Source of the DNA: Promethearchaeota archaeon
GTDB lineage: Archaea; Asgardarchaeota; Lokiarchaeia; Sigyniarchaeales; SOKP01
NCBI GenBank assembly: GCA_048941265.1
Contig: JBHLNT010000007.1
Location: 3,669 to 67,668 of the forward strand
Length of the DNA: 64,000 bases
Reading direction: 5' to 3'
Of the stretch, positions 54,853 to 63,111 are shown piece after piece; position 1 is the first letter of the stretch; each line of letters opens with the position of its first letter. The translations under genes were made by a program, and so were the position numbers. The notes beneath the pieces are model-generated. The model had not been told where the DNA came from, made no database searches, and saw only the letters and a list, made by a program, of their open reading frames with translations.

Positions 54853-55959
54853 ATGTCTGAAAAAAACGATAATCTAGTTAAATATTGTGTATATTGTGGA
54901 GCTAATGTGGGAAAAGGGCAAGTATATTGTCCAAATTGCGGAAAATTAGTTATAGAGATAAAAGAAACAAAAAGAACAATCCCTCATGAACACGAATCAG
55001 AAAAAATATCAACTAAAACAGCAGGAATTTCGAGGAAATGTCCTAGCTGTGGTTCTATAATCACGTCTACCGTGTTAGAACAATGTCCTATTTGTAATAC
55101 CTTATTGGAACCAATTCCAGAATCTCTAAAAATAAGAACTGCTAAAACGGGATTCGTTTTTACGCGTGAGAAACTTGAACCAGAAATTAGCTATGTTCTT
55201 AAAAAGGATGCTTGGAACTTAAAAGAAGGACTCCATGTTTTTACTACAAGTTTATTAGTCTATATCATTACTGTTTATTTTTTTTTAATCATGTTCGCAT
55301 GGTCTCAATTAGGGCTTGATAATGAAACATCAACAACCGAAATTCCTTTTAACTTAATTCTTTTAAGTCAAATTCCAGGAATGTTACTCGGAGTCTTTCC
55401 GTTATGGTATATTAGTACTAAAAAACATTCTTTTAAAAAATTGGGCTTTCCATCTGATAAAAAGAAAATACTGTCTGCCTTTATTATAGGTTTATTAGGA
55501 TGCCTTGGTTTAATTGTTATAAATATATTCTCTAATTTCATAAATGCCATATTCTTTGAATTAGGATTGGATTTTTTTGATATTCAAGAATACTTGGATA
55601 TGGAAAGCAACGCTATTCGTAGTGGTGGGATCTGGGTGTTAGTATTGCTATTTGAATTAATCATAACTTCGATTTCTGTAGAGATATTATTTAGAGGAGT
55701 ATTACATAACACTTTAAAGGAAAGATTTGGAGCTGAGAAAAGCAAAGGGAGAATTATAACTATTTTAATTGTTGCGTTGGCTTATTCTCTAATTTATTTA
55801 TTATTTTCCTTTCCGATAGGAATCTTTTTCATAGTTTCAAATTTTTTGATTTTTATGTTTCTTGGTTTTCTTTATGAAATAAATGGAAATATTTATAATA
55901 CAATTATTGCCAGTGTCTTTTATAATATCGTTCTAATTATTATGATTCTTTATTTGTAA
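54853..55959 (+). CDS. double zinc-ribbon + CPBP (CAAX/Abi-like) intramembrane protease-family protein
   Basis: 'YCVYCGANV..YCPNCG' and 'KCPSCGS...CPICN' at the N-terminus. Then multiple TM segments with the CPBP motif-1-like 'SVEILFRGVL'. The downstream His motifs appear substituted (see findings). Confidence 0.6.
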   Translation: MSEKNDNLVKYCVYCGANVGKGQVYCPNCGKLVIEIKETKRTIPHEHESEKISTKTAGISRKCPSCGSIITSTVLEQCPICNTLLEPIPESLKIRTAKTGFVFTREKLEPEISYVLKKDAWNLKEGLHVFTTSLLVYIITVYFFLIMFAWSQLGLDNETSTTEIPFNLILLSQIPGMLLGVFPLWYISTKKHSFKKLGFPSDKKKILSAFIIGLLGCLGLIVINIFSNFINAIFFELGLDFFDIQEYLDMESNAIRSGGIWVLVLLFELIITSISVEILFRGVLHNTLKERFGAEKSKGRIITILIVALAYSLIYLLFSFPIGIFFIVSNFLIFMFLGFLYEINGNIYNTIIASVFYNIVLIIMILYL

Positions 55960-56100
55960 TTCTTTTTATGCAAAATCTCATGTTTTGTAATAAATATATA
56001 AATTTAATAATTAGAAAAATAAACTATCTCTAAGTATTATTAATACCATTGGCAATTCTAATTTATACGACATAATTTATAACATTTGGAGAACTGAGCG

Positions 56101-56823
56101 TTGAGTAAGACTTTTTATAGAAATAAGGGGAGTAGGGATAATATCGTTATTTCTATAGCTGGGGCTCATGGTGTTGGAAAATCAACGATTTATAATAAAT
56201 TAAAGAAAAATTTGGAAGATAACAACAAATTTAAATTCTTTCCAGAGAGATATAAAAAAATTCCCCCATTTCCTTTTGGTTCTTCTAATAAACAAACTGC
56301 TTTTAGAAGCGAACTTCATTTTCTCCAACAATTAATGAGGAGAAATAAAAGTCTTTTGAATTTTGATGAAAAATACAATGGAAGAATAATAATATTGGAT
56401 CGCACTCCCATATGTGTTTTAATCTATTCAAAAAGTTTGAATTTAAAAGAAAAAGATTATCAATTAATTCTCGATACATATAACTCAATTGAATGGAAAG
56501 AAGATTATATCATTTATTTGACTGCTAAACCAGACACGATTTTAAAAAGAATTATTCAAAGAGGCTCTTTAGAAAAAATCAGGAGGGAATGGAATGAAAC
56601 TGAGAAAAAATATCTATTAACTATTCTTTCCTATTATAACCAGTTTTTATCCACAGAAGGCATTAAAAATAAAGTATATACGATTGATACAGATCAAATG
56701 ACTCCTGAAGTTGTTGTGGAAAAGATTGAAAAAATAATTGAAAATTTGTCTGGACATTCATTTAAAAAGTCGTTTAAGCCCCCTACAGCTCAAATGAGTA
56801 TAATTAAGTTTTTAAAAGAGTAA
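56101..56823 (+). CDS. deoxynucleoside kinase-family P-loop kinase
   Basis: TTG start. P-loop 'IAGAHGVGKST', 'ILDRTP', 'YIIYLTAKPDTILKRIIQRG'. Confidence 0.62.
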   Translation: MSKTFYRNKGSRDNIVISIAGAHGVGKSTIYNKLKKNLEDNNKFKFFPERYKKIPPFPFGSSNKQTAFRSELHFLQQLMRRNKSLLNFDEKYNGRIIILDRTPICVLIYSKSLNLKEKDYQLILDTYNSIEWKEDYIIYLTAKPDTILKRIIQRGSLEKIRREWNETEKKYLLTILSYYNQFLSTEGIKNKVYTIDTDQMTPEVVVEKIEKIIENLSGHSFKKSFKPPTAQMSIIKFLKE

Positions 56824-56936
56824 AAATAAAATCGATAATAAAATATATTAGGATATTTTTTTACATTATACTTAGAGTAATTAATGTATATTTCGAATAT
56901 ATTTTAACATAAATATAAAGAATGAAGTAAGGAAAA

Positions 56937-57941
56937 ATGTCAGATCTCGCGGATGATATTCGATTAAATATGATGAATATTTTAAAAGCAGAAGAAGCAA
57001 AAACTGACTTGGATAACCTTTCAGTGATATCAAGAGTAGGCATGAAAGTAGCCTCAGCAAATTCTGCAGAATTGGATGCTGATGCAACCTCAGCATCAAG
57101 CACCGCATTAATAGACTTAGGTTTAAGACTTGCAGAAGCGACAAATCATGGTGATTTGAAAGAAATTGTTTTACATAATAAAAGCGGATATTCAATTTTG
57201 ATGGCTGTGAATGATGAGTATATAGTCTTCGGTGGTTTGAAAACTGTATATCGTATCGGGTATTACTTAGGATATTTAAGAGAGTTAGTGAAAAAATTAA
57301 ATATATTAATTTCTGGAGGTGAAATTAGTGAAATGGCACTTTCCTTACAAGAAGAAGAATTGGAGAAGATAAAAAAACAAAAAGAAGAAACTGAAGCAGC
57401 TCAAATAGTAATACCTTCTATTGAACAAGATAGACAAGCGATGGATGAGTTGCTTGGATTCTTAGATGACTGGGATAAAGAAGAAAAAGAGGCAATGGGG
57501 GTGGAAGATTTTGAAGATCTAGAAACAAATAATATTGTCTCAATTCCAAAAACAATGGCGATTGGAATTTCCAAAGATGATGAGATGGTTACTATTCCAG
57601 AAGAAGTGATTAGAGAAGTCCAAAGAGAGGATGAAACACAATTTAAACTATATGAGGATGAGGTCCCTCCCATTCCACTCGAAGACTACACTCCAATGGA
57701 AATTGAAGATCAATCCTCTCAAGAAACACCTGCTCAAGTCAGTGAATCATACCCTAAAACTTCAGATTTAAGTCAAGCTGCGGAATTTCCCAAGACTGAT
57801 CAAATTCCCTCGTTTGATGACCTTAAGCCTCCCGATTTTGAGTCAACTGCTACGGAATATGATACTGAATTTGTGTTAGAAGAAGAATCAGAAGCCTTAG
57901 ATTCGGTTTTAAAAGATCTTGGATGGGAAGAAGATGAATAA
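56937..57941 (+). CDS. Roadblock/LC7 (MglB-like) domain protein with long acidic C-terminal extension
   Basis: The N-terminal ~125 aa are Robl-like ('LSVISRVGMKVASANS', 'LKEIVLHNKSGYSILMAVNDEYIVFGG'). The remaining ~210 aa are E/D-rich and look low-complexity. Confidence 0.75.
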   Translation: MSDLADDIRLNMMNILKAEEAKTDLDNLSVISRVGMKVASANSAELDADATSASSTALIDLGLRLAEATNHGDLKEIVLHNKSGYSILMAVNDEYIVFGGLKTVYRIGYYLGYLRELVKKLNILISGGEISEMALSLQEEELEKIKKQKEETEAAQIVIPSIEQDRQAMDELLGFLDDWDKEEKEAMGVEDFEDLETNNIVSIPKTMAIGISKDDEMVTIPEEVIREVQREDETQFKLYEDEVPPIPLEDYTPMEIEDQSSQETPAQVSESYPKTSDLSQAAEFPKTDQIPSFDDLKPPDFESTATEYDTEFVLEEESEALDSVLKDLGWEEDE

Positions 57942-58052
57942 TTAATTACTTAAATATTTTCAACTAATTCTGATAAATCATTTTTTCTCGTATATTATAA
58001 ATAAAATAAAGTTAATTAAAAAAGAGCTAAAAAAAATCTAATTTTAAAAAGT

Positions 58053-58307
58053 CTAATAGCGACGATCTTTAGCAAGAATTTTAACTTTTAAAGCCTCTGG
58101 ACCATTTCCATTTTTTGAATCATTCTTTAATTTAAATTCTACAAAATCTCCAATTTCTAATTTTTTAAAACCATCCATTTCAATATTAGAAAAGTGAACA
58201 AATATATCTTCATGGTCTTCCACAGTAATAAATCCATATCCCTTTCTAGCATCAAACCATTTTACCCAACCGGTTAATCTTTCACCTGTTTTCTTGTTTC
58301 CTGCCAT
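58053..58307 (-). CDS. csp: cold-shock domain protein
   Basis: 'GWVKWFDARKGYGFI' (RNP1-like) and 'DIFVHFSNI' (RNP2-like), in an 84-aa protein with a short basic N-terminal extension. Confidence 0.88.
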   Translation of the reverse strand: MAGNKKTGERLTGWVKWFDARKGYGFITVEDHEDIFVHFSNIEMDGFKKLEIGDFVEFKLKNDSKNGNGPEALKVKILAKDRRY

Positions 58308-58530
58308 ATTATTAACACTTTCTTACTATTTAAAATTAAATCAGATTTTATTTCAATTTTTAATATCTTAATCTAAGATAATTAATTATATTATAGAAAA
58401 GAATAAATTTTAATTTTAAAATCTTTTTAATAGTCCCCTCCTCTATAAATCTCCAAAATCAAAAAATTAAAGTTAAAATATAAAAAAATTTGAACAATTT
58501 AATTTTAAATATTAAAAAGAGAATTAGAAA

Positions 58531-59889
58531 ATGAATATCTTAGACAAAGTTTTAGAAATATATCATAGATATTTTATTTGTTCATATTGTCTCGGAAGAA
58601 TGTTCGCTCTCTTAGGAACAGATACTACTAATTTTGAAAGAGGTTCTTCATTACTTCTTTCATTAACTTTAGAAAATCACAGAATTTTACTTACTGATAA
58701 AAATAATGAGCACATTGCCCATCAAAACTTAAAAATTCTTGCGGAGAATGCAAATTTTTCACCTGCTCAAAAAGTTTTAGAAAAAGAAGGTTTTGAATAT
58801 AATGAAACTAAAACTACTAAAAAATGCTATTTATGCCACGATATTTTTCTAAATTTACAAAAATATGTTGATACAGCAATTAATTTAACAAAAAATTATG
58901 AGTATAATACTTTTTTATGTGGGACAAGGTTAAACTCTAAAATAATAAATTATGAAGATAAATTCAAAGCAGAATTCAATTTATTGGAATCTGAGTCATT
59001 TAAAAATCATTTCAATCGGGAAATTGGAAAACTCTTATCAAGCGTATTAAATAAACCTCCAGAATTTGAATATCCAGATATTCTTTTCATATTTTCTTTA
59101 GATTATGCTGAATTTGAAGTTCAATTATTAGTAAGATCCCTTTTTATATCTGGGAAATATAATAAATTAATACGAGGTATTCCTCAAACCAAATGGCCTT
59201 GTAGAAAATGTCAAGGGAAAGGTTGTGATAATTGTAATTATTCAGGCACTCAGTATGATACTAGTGTTGAGCAATTAATTAATCCTTTATTTATTGAAAT
59301 GTCAAAAGCAACGGGATCCAAATTTCATGGTGCTGGAAGGGAAGATATAGATGTAAGAATGTTAGGAAATGGTAGACCATTTATACTTGAATTAAAAGAA
59401 CCTAAAAAAAGAGATTTAGATCTTGATTATATTACTGAGCAAGTTAACAAAAAACAATATGGAAAAGTAAAAATTTCAGATTTAAGATATAGCAACAAAA
59501 AAGAGGTTATTAGTCTAAAAAAAAAAGCAGAGTGTACCAAAAAAGTATATTTGGCATTAGTAGAGGCTGAAGAGTCTATTGATAAAAAGTCATTTGAAAA
59601 TAAATTAAAATCATTAAGAAATTTAATTGAAAATAATAAAATATATCAAAGAACTCCTTTTAGAGTGTCTCATCGACGTGCTGATTTAATAAGAGAAAAA
59701 TTTGTTTATAAAATAGAGAGTGAATATCTATCACCAAACTTATTTAAATTCACTGTTAAAACTCAAGGAGGAACATATATAAAAGAATTAATAAGTGGGG
59801 ATGAGGGTCGCACTACACCATCTTTTTCTGAAGTTTTTGGTAGTAAATTGATTTGTAAAGAATTAGATGTTATCGACATAAAAGAATAG
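58531..59889 (+). CDS. pus10: tRNA pseudouridine synthase Pus10
   Basis: N-terminal Zn motif 'CSYCLGRMF', second Cys cluster 'CRKCQGKGCDNC', catalytic block 'HGAGREDIDVRMLGNGRPFILE', C-terminal 'GGTYIKELISGDEGRTTPS'. Confidence 0.88.
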   Translation: MNILDKVLEIYHRYFICSYCLGRMFALLGTDTTNFERGSSLLLSLTLENHRILLTDKNNEHIAHQNLKILAENANFSPAQKVLEKEGFEYNETKTTKKCYLCHDIFLNLQKYVDTAINLTKNYEYNTFLCGTRLNSKIINYEDKFKAEFNLLESESFKNHFNREIGKLLSSVLNKPPEFEYPDILFIFSLDYAEFEVQLLVRSLFISGKYNKLIRGIPQTKWPCRKCQGKGCDNCNYSGTQYDTSVEQLINPLFIEMSKATGSKFHGAGREDIDVRMLGNGRPFILELKEPKKRDLDLDYITEQVNKKQYGKVKISDLRYSNKKEVISLKKKAECTKKVYLALVEAEESIDKKSFENKLKSLRNLIENNKIYQRTPFRVSHRRADLIREKFVYKIESEYLSPNLFKFTVKTQGGTYIKELISGDEGRTTPSFSEVFGSKLICKELDVIDIKE

Positions 59890-60008
59890 ATTAAATGATT
59901 GAGAATAATTCAAATCGAATAAAACCAAAAAATAAATAAATTATACTTCATAATTCTACTAAATTACGCGATTTAAAATTATAATAATTAACTCAAAAGC
60001 TGGTACAC

Positions 60009-60317
60009 GTGACCCTGCATAAAGGTTACAGAAATAAAACTCGCAAAAGGCATAGAAAGAACTGTCGAGCAAGAGGCTTAGGTTCAATCGAAAAATATTT
60101 AGAGGACTATAATATTAACGATAAAGTTGATATTATTACTGACCCGTCGCAACATAAACGCGGAATGCCCCATAGAAGATATCATGGCAAAACTGGAGTT
60201 ATTGTTGGAGTAAGAGGCCGATGTTATGAAGTTGAATTGAAGTTAGGTAATTCTACAAAAGTTTTAATTATCGGAAGAGAACACTTAAGGTTAAATCCTA
60301 TTTCTATTAAAAATTAA
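60009..60317 (+). CDS. rpl21e: 50S ribosomal protein L21e (eL21)
   Basis: GTG start. 'HKGYRNKTRK', 'HKRGMPHRRYHGKTGVIVGVRGRCYEVE'. Confidence 0.9.
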   Translation: MTLHKGYRNKTRKRHRKNCRARGLGSIEKYLEDYNINDKVDIITDPSQHKRGMPHRRYHGKTGVIVGVRGRCYEVELKLGNSTKVLIIGREHLRLNPISIKN

Positions 60318-60348
60318 AGTTGATATATAAAAAAATTAAGTGATTCTA

Positions 60349-60711
60349 ATGTCTGGAAGAAAAATTAGCGAAAAAACAGTTTCTATACCAGAAGTAAAAA
60401 AGATAATGGAAACTGTAAAGGAACGAGTGATGGAAATTGATGAAGAGGGGATGTCTCACTTTCAAGATATAACCTATAACTATGTTAATCAATTTGCTAA
60501 AATGAGCGATAAAGATGCTAAGAAAATTAAAAAATTTCTTATAGATACTTATGAAATAGAAGAAGTTTATGCTATTAATATTGTAAATGTTGATCCCCAA
60601 ACTGTTCCGGAATTACGAATAATTCTTGAAAAAAGTTATACTGGCAAATCTTTAACTGAGGAGCAGCTTCATGAAATTATATATCAAATTAAAGATTTAA
60701 AAACATCATAA
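60349..60711 (+). CDS. rpoF: DNA-directed RNA polymerase subunit F (Rpo4/Rpb4-like)
   Basis: 'MSGRKISEKTVSIPEVKKIME' and conserved operon position after rpl21e. The ORF track starts at GTG 60340. The ATG at 60349 is more likely. Confidence 0.8.
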   Translation: MSGRKISEKTVSIPEVKKIMETVKERVMEIDEEGMSHFQDITYNYVNQFAKMSDKDAKKIKKFLIDTYEIEEVYAINIVNVDPQTVPELRIILEKSYTGKSLTEEQLHEIIYQIKDLKTS

Positions 60712-60895
60712 ATAAAAATTAATGCTTTAGTTTTTGCCTCAAGTAAGAATAAAACATCGAAGACTTTATAAAGCTATATTGTTTTTAATTTTAATGAGCA
60801 ATCCTGTACTGAATTTGTTAATAAAGGGATATTTTCAATAAAAAAAATCATTATGGTAAGTGGAAAAGTAAGAAAGAAGAAAACTGGTAGGTATA

Positions 60896-61549
60896 ATGGA
60901 AAGAAGAGATCAATACGGAAGGCAACCTCGCAGAAGAGACTTTCAAAAGAAGGGCTCGAGAAAGAAAAAGCAATTTATAAAAAAATCTCGAGAACTTATC
61001 ATTTTGGATGTGCTATTGCATGGACATCCAGAAGAAGATAAACCCAGTTGGACAAAGACTCCTTTAGCTCAAGTCCTTACTTTTCCCGATTTCGTTCTTT
61101 ATGAAGTAAAAATTAATAAATCCCCTAATCTTGTTTTAAAACCTGAAGAAAAAAAGACTTATGAAGAATTTATTAGAGAAAATAAATTAAGAGATGTAAT
61201 AAAAAAAATTGATTATGAAGAGTTAACAAATACTTCTAAAGCATTAATCCAACCCATTTTAGAAAAAGAGATAATGAATTATGAGGATGATTTTATTAAT
61301 TTCTTCAATAATTCAACATCTATAACACCGAGAATGCATGCACTCAAATTATTACCGGGCATTGGGAAGAAACATATGTGGGAAATAATTGAAGAAAGAC
61401 AACGACAAAAATTCGTTACATTTTCAGACATCTCAGACCGTACCAGTCTTTCACATCCCGCAAAACAAATTGCACTTAGAATAATTAAAGAACTTCAGCG
61501 AGAGGGCATTAAATATTATCTCTTCTCAAAAACTCAAAAATATGAGTAA
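60896..61549 (+). CDS. DUF655-family putative RNA-binding protein (OB + helix-hairpin-helix)
   Basis: 'LILDVLLHGHPEED', 'ITPRMHALKLLPGIGKKHMWEIIEER'. It holds the canonical position between rpoF and rsmA in archaea. Confidence 0.75.
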   Translation: MERRDQYGRQPRRRDFQKKGSRKKKQFIKKSRELIILDVLLHGHPEEDKPSWTKTPLAQVLTFPDFVLYEVKINKSPNLVLKPEEKKTYEEFIRENKLRDVIKKIDYEELTNTSKALIQPILEKEIMNYEDDFINFFNNSTSITPRMHALKLLPGIGKKHMWEIIEERQRQKFVTFSDISDRTSLSHPAKQIALRIIKELQREGIKYYLFSKTQKYE

Positions 61550-62423
61550 TCCACTAAATATGAATAGAAAAGATGTTCAGCTTATTTTAAAAAACCTAAA
61601 TATAGAACCTACAAAACGCTTAGGTCAAAATTTTCTGATTGACAATAATACTCGAGATACTATTATTAATCAAGCACGTGTTTCCCAAAATGATATTATT
61701 TTAGAAATAGGTCCTGGATTAGGAGCTCTCACAGAGAAACTAGTTGAAAGTGCGAAAAAAGTATATGCTATTGAAATTGACTCTCGACTTTTTAAATTTT
61801 TAAGAAATAAATTTTCTAATTATAATAATTTAACAATAATTAATAGTGATATTCTGCAATTCGATCTCCCAGAATATAATAAAGTTGTGTCTAATTTACC
61901 ATACTCTATTACAGGTCAAATTCTAGAGAAGATCTTTTTCAGAGAAAATCCTCCCCATGGAATTTTAACTATTGAAGAAGCTATTGCGGACCGAATTTTT
62001 TCCCAGAAAAATTATAAAAACTTATCCAGAATTACTATTAGTGTCAATACCTTTATGAAACCCGTTGAAAAACGTAAAATTTCAAGAAATTCATTTTATC
62101 CTACTCCTAATATTGATCTCACTTTAATTAATCTCTTTCCAAGAGAGATAATCGATGAATTCTTGATAGAAAAAACCAAAAGATTATTTTATTTAAAAAT
62201 TCTAAGTGGAATTATGCCATTTAAGAACAAAAACCTTTCAAATGCCTTAGAATTATTTTTGAAAAAGAAACTTTACCTAGATCTAAATAAAAAGATTATA
62301 AGTAATATTTTACATAAAAATAATATTATAGATAATAAGGTCTATAGATATAGCATTAGTGATTTTGTGAAAATTAGCAAAATATTTTATGATGAAATAG
62401 AATTAAAGGAAATATGTGATTAA
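61542..62423 (+). CDS. rsmA: 16S rRNA (adenine-N6,N6)-dimethyltransferase RsmA/KsgA (Dim1)
   Basis: 'RLGQNFLID', SAM motif 'ILEIGPGLGALT', 'VSNLPYSIT'. The start overlaps the upstream stop (ATGAGTAA). Confidence 0.9.
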   Translation: MSNPLNMNRKDVQLILKNLNIEPTKRLGQNFLIDNNTRDTIINQARVSQNDIILEIGPGLGALTEKLVESAKKVYAIEIDSRLFKFLRNKFSNYNNLTIINSDILQFDLPEYNKVVSNLPYSITGQILEKIFFRENPPHGILTIEEAIADRIFSQKNYKNLSRITISVNTFMKPVEKRKISRNSFYPTPNIDLTLINLFPREIIDEFLIEKTKRLFYLKILSGIMPFKNKNLSNALELFLKKKLYLDLNKKIISNILHKNNIIDNKVYRYSISDFVKISKIFYDEIELKEICD

Positions 62424-63111
62424 AATCAAAGTTTTCCCCGATCCCGTTATAGATTACGATTTTGAAAATGTTTATAGACCTGCTGATGATACGTATTTAA
62501 TAGTTGATTATTTTAAATACCACATAGACTCTTACTTTTTTGATGGAATTGCCTTAGAGAAAATAGGGAAAATATTAGATATGGGAACAGGTACAGGTTA
62601 TATTGCATTATCCCTTCAAATTATAAAAACAATTATTCCGAGATTTAACCCGAAAATCTATGCTTCCGATATTTTGGAAGAAGCCATCATCCTTTCAAAA
62701 CATAATGAAAGATTAAATAGTTTTGATAGTGAGATTGAGTTTATTAATTCAGATCTCTTTAATTCTTTTCCATTTACTCTAAAACATTCATTTGATGTTA
62801 TTATTTTTAATCCACCTTATTTACCATCTTCCAACATCATACAAAAAGATAAAATTAAGAAAAAAATTGATTATAGTTGGGATGGTGGAGAGTTAGGTTT
62901 TGAAACTTTTTTAAGGTTCTTAGATGAAGCAAAAGACTTTCTTAAATTGAACTCTAATTCACGTATTTATTATGTAAACTCAAATAGAATTAATTTAGAA
63001 CAATTCAATCAATTAATATTTAAAAAAGGATATGAAAGAACTTATCTAAATAAAATTCATGTTTTTCATGAAGATATATATCTAAATCGTTTAGAATTAT
63101 CACCCAATTAA
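62416..63111 (+). CDS. HemK/Mtq2-like N5-glutamine (or N6-adenine) methyltransferase
   Basis: GTG start overlapping the rsmA stop. 'ILDMGTGTGYIAL' SAM motif and catalytic 'IIFNPPYLPS'. Confidence 0.8.
   Translation: MIKIKVFPDPVIDYDFENVYRPADDTYLIVDYFKYHIDSYFFDGIALEKIGKILDMGTGTGYIALSLQIIKTIIPRFNPKIYASDILEEAIILSKHNERLNSFDSEIEFINSDLFNSFPFTLKHSFDVIIFNPPYLPSSNIIQKDKIKKKIDYSWDGGELGFETFLRFLDEAKDFLKLNSNSRIYYVNSNRINLEQFNQLIFKKGYERTYLNKIHVFHEDIYLNRLELSPN

Noticed and set aside
56861-57195. Minus-strand ORFs (80 and 104 aa) antisense to the start of the Roadblock gene.
   Set aside because: Leu/Ser-rich shadow translations. The Roadblock frame carries the family motifs.
60795-60830. Possible C/D-box sRNA fragment ('aatgagc...ctga') in the spacer between rpoF and the DUF655 gene.
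   Set aside because: Only a C'-like/D-like pair with ~10-nt spacing is visible. There is no convincing canonical C box (RUGAUGA) or terminal stem, and such short matches are expected by chance in AT-rich DNA.
60853-61041. 62-aa ORF overlapping the DUF655 gene start in another frame.
   Set aside because: The DUF655 frame (60896-61549) carries the conserved blocks and the expected operon position. The overlapping ORF is a K/R-rich frame-shifted reading of the same basic N-terminal region.
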